Below, piece after piece: positions 24,328-39,432 of a DNA stretch of 64,000 bases. Source of the stretch: Octopus sinensis (lineage: Eukaryota); contig NC_043004.1 in NCBI RefSeq assembly GCF_006345805.1, forward strand, positions 5,456,001 through 5,520,000, written 5' to 3'. Below the pieces are notes generated by a model that searched no databases, was not told the origin of the DNA, and saw only the letters and a list, made by a program, of their open reading frames with translations. Position 1 is the stretch's first letter. Each line of letters opens with the position of its first letter. The position numbers and the translations under genes are program-made.

Positions 24328-24799
24328 TGAGGCTTCTGTAATTGCAATTCTCTGGTGCATCTCTTTTGGTCTTCTGACATTTGATAAGGGTACTCCAACT
24401 CCAGACACTGCAGATAATACCTCTCTGCACTAACTAATTAACTAAGCACATGGTTTGCGTAATCCGATTCTTACTATATCTCACCACCCATACCCCAGCA
24501 GCTCACTGTTTTCCCCACCTTCGTGTTTTTACTAACCATAATGAAGTTAACCTTAATAGTTAGTTACTCTTAATTTTAATTGAAAGAGTCCTCTTTCTTT
24601 TTCTCTTCCCCTCACTCGTCTTTCAACAAACTCTTTTCACTATCATCAAAAACAAGTCTACTTACAACTAACATTCTGGACACCCTTCTTCTCAATTACA
24701 TCTTGGTTCATACGAATACACTGTTTCTTTATTCAGAACTCCTCATACTTTTGCTGAGGAATACATTCCTCATCCCTCATCAGAGAAAGGTTTAGTGTT

Positions 24800-25140
24800 C
24801 ACAAACCATTGCCCTGACTTGTTTTCTGCCAAGTACAAAATCAATAAAACATGCTTGAATGAGAGGTAATCAGTTGGATGGTTGGTTTTGCATGGATGGT
24901 CATGTGAGGGTGCATAGATGGTCAAGTGATGTGTATGGATGATGTCTGCTGCATACAAAAATGCCAATCACTTAAAATAGATGGAATTTATGGAAGATGG
25001 AGATCCAAGAAAACATAGAATAAAGTAGTGAAGGCTGATCTCAAAATGTTGAGCACCACTCACAGTAGAGATAACTGACTGAGATGATTGGTGTTTTGCT
25101 GTATTCAACAAGACCCATCTGTTACTATGAGAGAGAGGTC
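24800..25140 (+). mobile_element. Old RTE LINE 3' fragment
   Basis: Decayed HVRVHR...CQSLKIDGIYGRWRSKKT.NKVVKADLKML. Confidence 0.6.
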
Positions 25141-26395
25141 CTAAAAGCAGTAGGTTTATGTCCATACACTCAATAAGCTCTGCACTTTCTCCAAATCTAT
25201 TCACATCAAGCTTTCCCCACCTCTATCTTCCTAACACCCATCCCTTCATTGCACTTCTAACAATGGCACTAATCAACTGCTGTAATCATGGCATCAAAAT
25301 CTACACATATATCTTTCAAAATACCTCAGCCTCTCTCTGGAACTATTTTTTAGAAATTTCTTCCTAATTCTCATTATAATTGTTTCCCACATATTTTCCA
25401 CCAATCATCTTTTTCTGTGCTTCTAGTTATCTTCCCTTCTCTTCTGAGATACATTTTAGGACTGTCATGCCTCATCTTTAACACTCTTTGCTATTACTTT
25501 CAATATTCTCTCATATCTGCCATCAGTACCCTTCTGCCACCTTTGTCTTCACTCCCTTATAATCACCACTACATACCTCTGATCTCTGTCTCTGTACATT
25601 TCTCTCTCCCCTACTCTTCACTCTTCTTGTTCTGCTACTTGCCACTCCCTCCTTTGTGGGCTATTTCTTTTTACTTCTCCACTAACTGATATTTATCATC
25701 AATTACACCTCCACCCCTCTTCGTCACTCACTACACTCACCTCTTCTCCAACCTCTAACCACCTACCACTCTCCTATGAACCTATCCACCCATAGCTCCC
25801 TATCCTTGGCCTGCATTCTCTTAGACCCACCTTGTACCTTGAGGGTATGCTCTGATACCTCATCATCATCATTATTTTTTTCCAGCTTCTCCCACCCACT
25901 CCTATTTAATGTTAGATAGCCATACACCTCCTCTTTAGCAAGACACCTATGCTTGTCCCTCTATCATACTTTAACCTCTCAGTACTTGGCATAAAGCCAC
26001 CTCCTTGTCTACTACAACCGTATGCAGTCTAGGAAGCTTCTTCTTTTCCTGTATTTCACAAATTACTGAGAAAACTTGTGTCAGTATCATGGGAAAAGCA
26101 ACCAGTGCACTCTGGAAAGTAGTTGGCATTAGGAAGGGCATCCACCTTAGAACCTATGTGAAAACTGAGCTCAATACAGTTATCTGTCTCGTTAGATCCT
26201 GTCAAAATGAGTGATCTACACCAGTATGAAAGGTGGATGTTAATTGATGATAATAAAGAGGAGAAAGAGAATGGTAGTGATGGCAGTTGTGCTGGTGGTG
26301 GTGATGATTTTTTTATATACATATACATACACACTTACAGGCACACACATACACACACACACATATAAGTATATATGTGTGTGTGTATATATGTA

Positions 26396-27669
26396 CGAGG
26401 AATGTTTATTAAAGATGTCCCCTGACCCATTTCCCTAGGACTGGGATAAATGAAATTTGACATAATTATTAGTCCTTCTCTACATAGCCACCACCAATGG
26501 TGACACACTTCTTTTGCTTTATGCAGCTATGAAAACCTCATCTGTAGAAGTCGGTAGGTTGTGTCTGGAGCCAAGTCTTTACCTTGGAAATAAGTTCATT
26601 ATCATCCAAAAAGTGCTTCTCCTTCAAAAACGACTTCATGGTTGGAAAGACATGGAAGTCAGATGGTGCAAGGTTGGGAGAGTAAGGAGGATAAGGAAGG
26701 ATTTCATAACCACAGGAGTGTGCTTTCATCTGGGCAACATGCACATTGTGAACTGGGACAGTGTCTTGGTGGAGGCAGATTCCTTTGGTCAGCATAGCAT
26801 GCTTCTCTGCTTTGATGGCATCTTGTAATATGCTCCATTAATTGTGGTGCCCTTTGCCAGAAAATCCATCATCACTACTCTGCGCTGGTCCCAAAAGACT
26901 GAGCATACCTTGCCTGCTGAGGGTTGGACACAAGCCTTCTTTGGAAGTGGTGAGTTATCATGCTTCCATTGCTTCGACTGGACTTTAGTTGCAGGATCAT
27001 AGTGATGGACCTATGTTTCATCCTGTGTGATAAATCTGTGGAAAAAGTCCTCCTCATTTTCTTTGTACATTGCCAGAAGAGCCTGGGAACAATCGACTTG
27101 TTCCTGCTTCTGAAAGAGTGTGAGCATTCATGGGAATCCATCATGCAGACAACTTCCACATGTGCAAATGGTCGTGAATGATTTTTTCCCATGGACCCTA
27201 CACTAATCTTTACTTCTTTGGCTAACTACTAAATAGTTATGCGGTGAGCCTCCAAAATGGCGACTTCCACTTTATGGCTGGTGTTGTCATCAATGGCAGA
27301 ATGTGGCCATTCAGGAATAGAAGCAGTTTCACCAAAGTCTGACCACATTTGAAGTGGTGATGCCAGTGCTTGACTATATCATATGATGGTGCATTGTCAC
27401 CATAAACTCCTTTCATCTCATTGAAAGTCTCTTATGGTGTACGACCTTTCAAGTATAAGAACCTGATTACTGATCTGCATTCAGGTGTTATAATGGAGGC
27501 ATTATAACACCTTAGTTCATTTCAGGAGCTGTAAAAGACAAATGAATACAAGTGGGAAGCTGCAATTTACATGTGTCGTGTAGAGACATGTATGATTATA
27601 CCTGTATAAGTTCCATTTCCTGCAATAACTAGAAGTGGGTCAGGAGAAATCTTTAATGAACACCCCTCA
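26396..27669 (-). mobile_element. Full-length defective mariner (DD34D), a lineage distinct from 13186-14652
   Basis: TIRs cgaggaatgtttattaaagatgtcccctgaccc / gggtcaggagaaatctttaatgaacacccctca flanked by TA; LHQD and YPPYSPNLAPSDFHVF motifs; 1274 bp. Confidence 0.92.
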
Positions 27670-28089
27670 TATATATATATATATATATATGGAGTCAATA
27701 AGAAGGGGTACGGCTGGAGATTTATTTTTTAATCACTACAATTGTTTCCATGCAACGTAGTTCTCCAGGTATGCAGGTACTTGATTATGCAACTGTTTCC
27801 ATGCATTATGAGATCTAGTTGTGTTTCCTCAGCTGATATGTAAATATTGTCTCCATAAGTTTGTACATATATTCATATATGTATATGTATGTGAGTGCAT
27901 GTATACATCTATATATGTGTGTATATGCATAGATATATATCTATGTATGTGTATATATATATGTATGTATGAATGTATTTATGCGTGTGTATGTATGTAT
28001 ATCATCATCATCATCATATATCATTTAGCGTCCGTTATATGTATGTATATATGTAATGATTAAATATATATATATGATATATTCATCAT

Positions 28090-29400
28090 AGTCCTCCAAG
28101 CAATAATAAAAGAATTCAAGACAGGCTGTCACTGATGACTTTGCTCTAATAGCTGAGTCACTACCAGAACTAGAGATGAAGTTTCAAGTGTGGAAGCAAG
28201 GTCTAGAACTGAAGAACCTTAGAATCAATCTAGCAAAAAACAAAGTCCTAGTAAGTAGGAAGGTGGACAAATCGCAAACTCCTTCAAGTAGATGGCCCTG
28301 CTTGATCTGTAGAAAAGGCATTATAGTAGCAATAAACATTGAAAGAGAAGAACAAACCATCCATCAAGCCAGGGGGAGAAACTAGAAGTAGTTGATAACT
28401 TCTGCTACTTAGGTGACCAAGTCTGTAGTGGAGGTGGATGCTTGGAGAGTGTTACCACTAGAATAAGAAAAACCTGGGCAAAGTTCAGAAAGCTCCTACT
28501 TCTGCTGGTAACAAAGGACCTAGCACTCAGAGTGAAAGGGAGACTGTATGATGCATGTGTGCGAAGTGCCATGCTACATGGCAGTGAAACATGAGCTATG
28601 ACTGTTGAGGACATATGTAGGCTTGAAAAAAATGAAGCTAGTTAGATCCACTGGATGTGTAATGTCAGTGTGCATACACAACAGAGTGTAAGCACCCTGA
28701 GAGAAATGTTGGATATAAGAAGCATCAGATGTGATGTGCAAGAGAGATGACTGTGCTGGTATGGTCATGTGCTGCATATGGATAAGGAGAGCCGTAAGAA
28801 GAAGTGTCACACCCTAACAGTGGAAGCAACCCATGGAAGAGGGACCCAGGAAGACATGGGATGAGGTGTTGAAGCATGATTTTGAACGTTGGGCCTCACA
28901 GAGGCCATGACAAGACACCGAAACATTTGGAGATAGGCTGTGACTGAAAAGACCTGGTAAGTAAAGTGAGATCACAGCCATGGGCGATACCAGTGTTACA
29001 TAACCAGCCTATTTAAAAGTACCCTTGAATCATCGGGTGATATGCTGCGCTTGAGAAGACCTATTGAGTCAAGCAAAATCAAAATGAAAATCAAAATAGA
29101 AATTGTAGTCATGGCTGATGCCAGTGCCACCTGACCGGCACCCATGCTGGTGGCACATAATAAGCACCATTCAAGCATGAGTCAATGGCAGTGCGCCTCA
29201 CAGGCTCACTGTGCCAGTAGCATGTAAAAAGCACCCACTACACTCTTGGAGTGGTTGGTACTAGGAAGGGCATCCAGCTGTAGAAACCTTGCCAGATCAG
29301 ATCGGAGCCTGATGCAGCCTATTGGCTTGCCAGTCCTCAGTCAAACCATCCAACCCATGCCAGCATGGAAAACGAACGTTAAACGATGATAATAATGATG
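28090..29400 (+). mobile_element. 5'-truncated RTE LINE (RT C-terminal part plus family A tail)
   Basis: DDFALIAESLPELEMKFQVWKQGLELKNLRINLAK...GRLYDACVRSAMLHGSET...WYGHVLHMD...PRKTWDEVLKHD with stops and frameshifts; ends in (GAT)-type tail. Confidence 0.9.
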
Positions 29401-29459
29401 ATATATAAATATGCATATATATATATGTATATGTGTTTGAATATATATATATATATATA

Positions 29460-29885
29460 TCATCATCATCATCATCATCGTTTAACGTCCGCTTTCCATG
29501 CTAGCATGGGTTGGATGGTTCAACTGGGGTCTGGCAAGACCGAAGGCTGCACCAGGCCAGTCAGATCTGGCAGTGTTTCTACAGCTGGATGCCCTTCCTA
29601 ACGCCAACCACTCCGAGAGTGTAGTGGGGGATTTTATGTTCCACCGACACAGGTGCCAGACGAGGTTGGCAGACGGTCACGCTCAGATGGTGTTTTTTAT
29701 GTGCCACCTACACAGGTGCCAGACGAGGCTGGCAGATAGCCAATCTCGGATGGTGTTTTTTATGTGCCACCGACACAGGTGCCAGACGAGGCTGGCAGAT
29801 GGCCATGCTCGGATGGTGCTTTCGGTGTTTTCTTATGTGCCACCGACACAGGTGCCAGACGAGGCTGGCGAACAGCTACGATCAG
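29460..29885 (-). mobile_element. Family A copy containing four ~63-bp internal tandem units
   Basis: ccaccgacacaggtgccagacgaggctggc repeated at ~29641, 29704, 29767 and 29839. Confidence 0.85.
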
Positions 29886-30850
29886 ATATATATTTATATA
29901 TGCATGTGATTGTGTGCATGTGTGTGTATGTAAGTAGCTATGTATATGTATGTGTGTGTGTAAGTGTGTGTATGCACACACGAGCATATGTGTATGTATA
30001 TGTGTGTGAGTGTATGTATGTTTATACATGTGTATATATGTGAGCACACATACATATCCATATATGTGAACATGTGTGTATATACGTACATCTATGTATA
30101 TGGAAGTATATATGATCCAACAAGTATCTGTATGCATCTTGAATCTTGAAGATCAGCTAAGGACAATTGCATGTGTAACCAACCATGAAGAACAAATCAA
30201 CAATACAAAGAAATCTAATGCCAATCTCTTTAAAACAGCAACCACTTTAACTTTAGCAGAATCCCCATTCCACTACATCTACATATTCAAAGCAGTTTGT
30301 CAGTAACAACAGACCCTGATAAGCTCAGTGTAAACTATTAATTTCTGGCCATGACAGACAGAGAGGATGTTCTTGAAGCTGAGGATTTTGAATTTACAGA
30401 GATAATATTTACATATCGCCTGAGGAAACACAAGATCTTATAATACAGGGAAACAGTTGCATAATCAAGTACCTGCACACCTGGAGGACTACATTGTGTG
30501 GAAACAATTGTAGTGATTGAAAAATAGATGTCCAACAGTACCCCTTCTTGTCGATTCCAGTTTTTTTACAATTATCTGTTCACACATGAGAGGTACCCAA
30601 ATGAAAATCCAGAAGTACATATAATATTACTACTGGATAGCACAGGGTGGAATCTGAAGGTGGATGAGCTTCATACTGTACTCTACTATGTTCTTAACAG
30701 AATATACATAACTATACACACACACACACACATGCACATACACACATATATGCATACATACATAAATATACAATGGCAAGCGAATTTATCAGCCGTACAG
30801 GCAAATAAATAAAATATATACATACAATATAAGATATGTACTCACACACG

Positions 30851-30882
<32 letters not shown>

Positions 30883-31247
30883 GGGGCACTACATGAACCC
30901 CTACATCGCTAAAAATAGAAGTCAAAAATACCTCTGTGCCACAGAATAGTCACAAATCTACTATAGGCATGGTAGGAAAAAATTCCAGTGAACATTAAAA
31001 ATGTCTTACTTCTGCTAGGTCAGCACAAATAATACTTGTCAACTTGGTACCAGTTTCAAAATTAGCACCAAATAGGTGCTGGTTTCTCTTCAGCCAAAGT
31101 CTGCTAGCTAACTAAAAATTTCCCCCACCATGCCTCAAAAGTTCGTTTGAAGTGACCAAGCACTATTTAAACAAACGAAATGTGTGAAATTATTTATAAA
31201 TGAATATAAGGGATGGTATTATTGAAATACCATCACAGTATACATAC

Positions 31248-31286
<39 letters not shown>

Positions 31287-31604
31287 GCACGTAAAAAGCA
31301 CCATCCGAATGTGGTCGGTGCCAGTGCTGCCTTGACTGGCTTCTGTGCCAGTGGCACATAAAAAGCACCAATCGATCATGGCCATTGCCAACCTCCCTTG
31401 GCACCTGTGCTGGTTGCACGTAAAAAGCACCCACTAAACTCATGGAGTGGTTGGCGTTAGGAAGGGCATCAAGCTGTAGAAACACTGCAGATCAGACTGG
31501 AGCCTGGTGCAGCCTCCTGGCTTCCCAAACCCTGGTCAAACCATCCAACCCATGCTAGCATGGAAAACAGATGTTAAACAATGATGATGATGATGATGAT
31601 GATG

Positions 31605-31645
<41 letters not shown>

Positions 31646-32217
31646 CATACATACATACGTACATACTTACATTCATAGATACATGCATGCATACATGCAC
31701 GCTCACACATATACATATATATGTATATACATATATATATATACACATACATATATATATATAAAACATGAAAGTAATCACAGAAACAAATTATTATTTT
31801 GAGTCCTTCAGTGCAATGGTTCCAATTGTCATAAAAATTAAATATTTTTACAAAAGCATCTTGTTAAACATATAACATATACATACATGTACCACCATTA
31901 TTATCATCTCTATCATAATCATTGTGAACCAGATGAAGGTAGGCTGACATAGAGTTTCCCGTTAGAAGATATTCACATATTATGTTTCATGTTAGTTAAT
32001 AGAGTTTTTGCTTTTTGGCTTATTTGCTGTGTCTAATTATTGCCTCATTATATATGCTTGTTTGCATTGTGAGTATTATATTATCAATTTGTCATTGATT
32101 GTTTGAAACAGCTGTAATTTGAATATGTATCTATCTCATGTAATGAATTACTGCTACTATAATTGTTTGTCCATCTTTTTTCTTTCCATCTCTCTGTCTC
32201 TCTCTATGCATGTGTGT

Positions 32218-32252
<35 letters not shown>

Positions 32253-33170
32253 GGGTCATGCCATAAATAATGCAGTTTTTTCATTTGCATGAACTAAAAG
32301 TGGGAGGGGGACAGGATAAACTACCTGCATCAGCTTGCTATAACAGCAGGTAGTAATTTTATCTTGTCCTTATTCTTAGTGAAAGTTTTGAAGGGTGCAG
32401 TTCGATTTCAACAGTTATTTTTTCAAAGCTATAATGGAAGTGACAAAGGAGCATATTCGGCATATTTTGCTTTATGAGTTCAATAAAGGCAACAATGCAA
32501 TGGAAAGTGCGAGGAATATTAATGCAGTATATGGGGATTGGACAATAAGCATAAGCCAATGTCAATGGTGGTTCCAGAAAATCCAAGCCAGAAACTACGA
32601 CCTAGAAGATGAGCCTTGTCCTGGAAGATCTGTAGAGCTTGATGAGGATGTCCTGCAAACTCTGGTGGAACAAAATCCCATTGTAACTGTTGAGAAACTA
32701 GTAGAGAAGCTTGGATTTGGTTACTCAACCATTCATCGAAACCTGCACTGGAAGAAAAATGACCATCTTTGGTTTCAAGAAGAAAGGTGTTCTTCCATCA
32801 GCACAATGCTTGGCCACATACAGTAAGGATGACATTCCAAAGGCAGGAGTAGTTGATTCGGAAACGATGCTTGACCCACAATATTCACAGGACATTGTCC
32901 CATCTGGTTATCTTTTATTCTGCAGTTTTCAAAATCATTTGGATGGAAAAAATATGAATTCTGTACACAAGATCAGAACAGTACAGGAGGAGTATTTTTC
33001 ATTACAGACAAGTGAATTTTGGGAGAGGGGCTCACAAGTCTACCAGATAGATGATAGTGCATTGCAGAAATGAAGGAGAGTATATGTTAGATTAAAAAAG
33101 AACTTTGTTTATCATAATTTTGAAAAATAAAAGTAGTATAAAAAACCCACATTATTTATGGGATGACCAA
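32253..33170 (+). mobile_element. Internally deleted mariner of the same family as 13186-14652
   Basis: Same TIR and MEVTKEHI start; jumps from the HTH region (STIHR) to near the second catalytic Asp, about 400 bp missing. Confidence 0.9.
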
Positions 33171-33195
33171 ATATATATATATATATATATCTGAA

Positions 33196-33443
33196 ATGGT
33201 CAGTTATCTGAAGTGTACAGTATTAAATATCTATTACAGTCGATTTTACCAATCAGTTTTGCACTAGGGATTCAACAGAGTGTTAGGCACCAATCCAATT
33301 ATATAACGCTATGCTCTTCAGAGGTAGCCAATACGGAATGAAATACAGCAACTGCTCTCTATTGTTGAATCCCTAGCATGAAACTGATTGGTAAAATCAG
33401 CTGTAATCGATATATAATACTGTACACTTCAAGTAATAGACCC
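33196..33443. mobile_element. MITE-like element with ~70-bp imperfect inverted arms
   Basis: tgaagtgtacagtatta...gggattcaaca (33209-33277) versus tgttgaatccc...tgtacacttca (33363-33431). Confidence 0.75.
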
Positions 33444-33529
33444 ACTCTATTGACAGATATATGAGAGCAGGTTTTCCTGACTTATGGACACTTAGATGAC
33501 TTACACACACACACACGTATATGTATATA

Positions 33530-33576
<47 letters not shown>

Positions 33577-34336
33577 TCAGTAAATTGTAAACCTGAAAAA
33601 GTAGCACACCCAAAGTTAAAGAGCAGTATATAATATTAATCCCATAAACCAGCCTTATCTGACTTTAATATTATATATGTATGTATGTATATACACATAC
33701 ATATATATAAATATATATATTTTCATATACATGTATATATATACATATACATGTGTGTGTATATATATATATATATACACATAGATGTACACACTCACAC
33801 ACACAGAGTAAGATATTGAGAGATAGACAGCTAAATAGGTAGACAGACAGACAGACAGACAGATGGATGGATAGATAGATAGATATATAGATAGATAGAT
33901 AGATAGAAATAAATAACTAAAAAGTATATATGTCTGAGTGTGTGTGTGTGTGTGAGTGTGAGTGTGAATATAAATGTATCTATATAATGTATAATTTTAC
34001 GAGTGTATGCTGAAGAACATCTGTGTGCTGACAACCCAGATTTGATTGCAGATTCTGTTGGAGAACTGCAGAAATTTGAAACTTTCAAGTTGGAAGAGTA
34101 GGTTAAAGTCAATAAGGTGTGAAGACTAAGACCAAATTTATAGTTAGAATATAGTTGGTTATAAAGCACACAAACACACATGCATGCACACACACACAAA
34201 CACACACATACACACATAAATGCCACACACACATGTGCACTTGTGCATGCATGTGCACACACTCGTACACATGCACATACATTGCATTTATATATATATA
34301 TATATATATACACCTATCTTTTAAGTGCTTAGGGCC

Positions 34337-34383
<47 letters not shown>

Positions 34384-34575
34384 CACACACAAACCTATAT
34401 CTATCTATCTGTCTATCTCTCTATCCATCCATCCATCCATCCATCCATCCATCCATCCATCCGTCTGTCAATCTGTCCTTCTGTCTGTACGTCCATCTGT
34501 CTGTATGTCCATCTGTCTGTCTGTCTGTCTGTCTCTCTGTCTGTGTGTCTGTCTGTCTATCTATCTATCTATCTA

Positions 34576-34610
<35 letters not shown>

Positions 34611-34886
34611 CATAAGTTGCCAGAATGTGTTTAATATGTAAAACTAATAAATCCAACTGTGTTACACCACTAAACTGATGAAGGAGCAATAACTTTTGAA
34701 ATTTACATATACACTCATTACCTATTTTACTATCATTTTACTATCATTACCTATTTTACTATCTTTGATCACATTGTTTACAGAGGTGTATTCATATATG
34801 AAACGTTATAACTCTTAGTGCTGACTGTAATTTCTATAGAATATTTGTGGAGATAACTTTAAAAAGTGATATATATATTTATACAT

Positions 34887-34888
<2 letters not shown>

Positions 34889-34955
<67 letters not shown>
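34889..34955. repeat. (AG)n microsatellite
   Basis: Pure AG run. Confidence 0.98.
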
Positions 34956-34959
<4 letters not shown>

Positions 34960-35253
34960 CAGCAGTTCAAAATGTACAGTAAACTGCTTAGACATGGATG
35001 AGAACCATTACAGAAAGTTATTGAAAGGTTCTGTAGAATGCAATGATCTTCTTGTTGTTACTGTTGTTTTGTTGTTTTGTTTTGTTCCTACTATGCAAAT
35101 ATATGTGTATAATTATATGCTTGCATATGTGAATGTAAGGCATTATAATGTGTATACACATGTATGCAACTTATTGGTATCGATGATGAAACTGAATATG
35201 GATTATGAAACAGCTGTAAACACAAGCTACTGCTACTACTGCCACTGTTCTTT

Positions 35254-35288
<35 letters not shown>

Positions 35289-35629
35289 GCTGTTATTGTT
35301 GTTGCTGCTGCTGCTATTGTTGTTGATTAGCCATGGATCAGTTCTGATTGGACAGACCAATGATCAAAAGTGTTCCAGTTGTGAATATATGCAATGCCCT
35401 TTGGACAACTTTATCTAAATATGTCCTTCAATTCTAGTACAAGTATGTTGTTCTCTGAGGGAAATTTGCCTGCTGAGAGCCACTGGGTAAGCTGAGTGGA
35501 TACCTAGCAACTTGATGAGTTACTAAAAAATTAGCATTTCAAATCCTGTCACTTGCACTGCATTCTGTCAGTGATGTTCATTTATGACCAGCAAGTGCTG
35601 TCAGGACAAGGGCATATACATTTACATAT

Positions 35630-35764
35630 ATGTGTGTGTGTGTGTTGTGTGTGTGTGTGTGTGTGTGTGTGTGGTGTGTATGTGGTATGTGTGTGTGGTA
35701 AATGTAAATGTATATATATGTATATATATATATGTGTGTATATATATATATATATATTATATAT

Positions 35765-35797
<33 letters not shown>

Positions 35798-35800
35798 GTG

Positions 35801-35872
<72 letters not shown>

Positions 35873-35925
35873 ATATATATATACATACATATATATATAA
35901 TATATATATATATAATATTATATAC
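35630..35925. repeat. Compound (TG)n/(TA)n microsatellite
   Basis: Seen directly; similar compound tracts at ~17490-17945, 29890-30110, 40960-41480, 56920-57720 and 63270-63590. Confidence 0.95.
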
Positions 35926-37302
35926 AATGAGCTTCCACACAGTTTTCATCAGCCAAATCCACTTACAAGGCTTTGGTGAGCCTAGGGCTATAACCGAGGA
36001 CACTTACCCAAAGTGCCACACAGTGGGACTGAACCTGAGACCACAAGGTCGGGAAGTAAGCTTCTTAACCCACAAAACATGCTATCTGTCTACCAATCTA
36101 TCTTTAGACAGACAGATAGACAAACAGACAGACAAATAGATACATAGGCAGATAGTCAGGCAGATAAATAGATATACATCATCAGCATCATCATCATCAT
36201 TTAACGCCTGTTTTCTATGCTGGCATGGGTTGGACGATTTGATAGGAGCTGGCAAGTCCAGAGAGCTGCACCAAGCTCCAGTTGTCTGTTTTGGTATGGC
36301 TTCCATGGCTGGATGCTCTTCCTAATGTCAACCACTTTACAGAGTGTACTGGGTGCTTTTATCCTGCACTGGTACAGGTGTGTTTACATGGCATCTCTAC
36401 AGGTCCTTTTTTATGTGGCACTATCAGCTATGAGCCTGAAAGATTAGGAGCGCTCAGCTGGAGAGGGCTGCAGGGGACAGCCTGTATGCATGGACAACCA
36501 TGCTTTTGCTTAGCTTGATATGTCTTTTCAAGCACAGCAAGCTGCTAGGAATCTCTGTCCCCTGTCAACCCCTCTGTGAGGCCCAACAGTTGAAGATCCT
36601 TTCTCACCACTTCGTTCCACATCTTCCACATGTTTTCTCTACAGTTAGAGATCAACACATCTTGATGCAACTGTCTTCAATCATACACTTCATTAATTCT
36701 GACTGGCACCCATGCTAGTTGCACATGAAAGGCACCGTTCAAGTGTTGGGCCTCATAGAGGCAGTGACAGGTGACCAAGACCTTTGGCGATATACCATGC
36801 TTGTGTAGACTTGTCAAGCCAAGTGAGACTATAGTCATGGCCGATGCTAGTGTCAGGTCAATGGCACCTGTGCCGGTGGCACATAAAAATACCCACTATA
36901 CTCTTGGAGTGTTTGACGTTAGAAAGGGCATCTAACCATAGAAACCTTGCCAAATCAGATCAGAGCCTGGTGCAGCCCTCCGGCTTATCAAACCATCCAA
37001 CCCATGCCAACATGGAAAGCAGACATTAAATAATGATGATGTTATATAAGTGAATGTGGAAGGATATATTATCCAGATGGATACCATATTAGATCTCAGT
37101 TAAGTTGCAGTTAATGGCTAGCCACAACAATCAGTATCTAATGTCTGTGACTCTGATGAAGCTGAATCTATAACATTGCAAGGTTGCATTTGCAATCAGT
37201 GAGTAGTTGCTGCAGCAGAAACAACTGTAGGTCATTATAATATGCTGTATTTAACTATAAAAAAATTTGTGATGTACACTCATACTCTTTATTATTCATA
37301 TA

Positions 37303-37351
<49 letters not shown>

Positions 37352-38004
37352 ATATATATATATATTCTTTTATTTGTTTCAGTCATGTTGGAGTACTGGA
37401 GTACTGCCTTTTAGTCGAACAAATCGACTCAAGGATTTATTCTTTGTAAGCCTAGTACTTATTCTATTGGTCTCTTTTGCCGAACCGCTAAGTTACAGGG
37501 ACGTAAACACACCAACATCAGTTGTCAAGCGATGATGGGGAGACAAACACAGACACAAACATATACACACACAAACACACACACACAAACACACACACAC
37601 ACACACATACGACAGGCTTCTTTTAGTTTTCGCCTACCAAATCCACTCACAAGGCTTTGGTCAGCCTGAGGGTATAGTAGAAGACACTTGCCCAAGGTGC
37701 CATGCAGTGGGACTGAACCAGAACAGCCATAAATAATGAAGTAGAGAGACAAGTCCAGGTTCAGTCTCAAATTTGGTTCTGACCACACATAGTATTAATT
37801 CCATTTAAAATACTTAATGTAGTAGGTCCCAAGAATATGTAATAAGGGAGTCAATGGAAACTGATATAATAATCCTTTATTTATTTGTCCATATAAATAA
37901 ATTATTTTCCGACATATGTTTCTGCTTAATTACTAAGTGTATATCTATTTTAGTTGGTTAATTAAATAAATAAATAAATAAATAAATAAATGTCAACACA
38001 ATGC

Positions 38005-38052
<48 letters not shown>

Positions 38053-38090
38053 TGTATAGAGTGTGAGGTATGATGTACAGAAATTGAATA

Positions 38091-39396
38091 TTGAGAAAAA
38101 AAGTTGTCAGAATTTTGGAAAAAGATCTTTTTATTTCTTCATTATTATTAGCGCTGCTGTTCGTTTCTTGAACATGTCCAATAAAATTTTGTGAATGTAC
38201 AAACAGCTTGTTGATTTATATAAAACATGTTTTTTGGGGGTTTTGTTTAAAAGATAATATTGTTTTTGTTTTGTTTTTTTGGGTGGGGCAAGGTTCCATG
38301 ACAATGGAGATAAATGGAAATATAGGTAGGTAGATAGGCTGATAGATATGTTTCTTTATTAGCTATGCAGGGCTGCACACAGATGGGACAGATTACAAAC
38401 TAGAGCTTTTCTTTTGGGGAGAAAAAAAAATGTGGGGTAGGTTTTCTATCAAAAGGGATCGTGAAAGGGAAAGGAAAAAAAAATGATCAATAGGGATCGT
38501 GTATCACAGAAATGTCATGATGTAAAGTGTAAAGGGGGAAGCAGATAAGGTTTATCCGTGGGAAGAAAAGCCTACGGAAAAGACCATGGTATTCTCGGTC
38601 AATAATGTCACATGTTAACACATTTGTTTGCATGTAAGTAACCCTCTGTTTTAAATTTTTCCGTGTTCATAGGATTATGCTCAAGGTGGCTTTGTCATTC
38701 ATACGTGCCATCCTTGCTACATTCACCCATCTTTTTTTGAAACATTCGCTAGACAAAACTTACCTCTCTACTCTCACTTTCCTTTTCAAGTGATACTTGA
38801 AGAAGTTGATGAGAGATTGACCAGAGAGGAAAGTGTTTGTCTCCAATCATTTCAGATGCGTCCACCAGATACATTCTTTCACCATAGCCACAAGAATGAT
38901 GAAAATAGCTCTTCCTTCCTGTTTGAAGGAAGGAGGCATGACAATATTGACGATAGATTCAGCTGATAAACCAAATCGTCCCACATGTGACAGCACTCAT
39001 TCGACATAAGCCCACAGGTCTGAAATTGTTGGACACTGCACGAGTGTGTGCAGAACGGTTTCGTTGCTCTGACCGCATCTCGGGCAGGTTGGCCCCGTGT
39101 TTCTCGAGCTGTGTCTGTAGAGCTTATCCCGAATGTAGAGCTTCTCGGTAGCACTGCCAGGCCAGGGATCTCTGGAAGTTGTCCATGGGTCCTGGCCCGA
39201 AAGTTGTCCTGAACAGGTGGGTCAGGTATTCCTTGTCAACGTAGAGGTTCGCCCCAAGCTTGTCGTCCTACCTCCCCTCCACTAATCCCCTATAGAATGC
39301 TTTGGTTATGTTGAAGTTGCTCAAGGTCGACTCAGGGCGGCGTAGTTGCTTGAGAGCAACGCAACACTCTCGGTGCCATTCGCTGATAGATAGATG

Positions 39397-39432
<36 letters not shown>

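Noticed and set aside
24720-24790. Minus-strand CTGATGA...GAAACAGTGTA hammerhead
   Set aside because: Stem I cannot pair and the core halves are not joined by a proper stem II
29641-29885. CRISPR-like array (conserved ~40 nt plus variable ~20 nt)
   Set aside because: The variable parts are homologous to each other and the array lies inside a family A retroelement tail in a eukaryotic context; no cas genes
34011-34095. CTGAAGA...GAAACTTTCAAGTT hammerhead
   Set aside because: No stem I pairing at the 1.1-2.1 position; treated as chance
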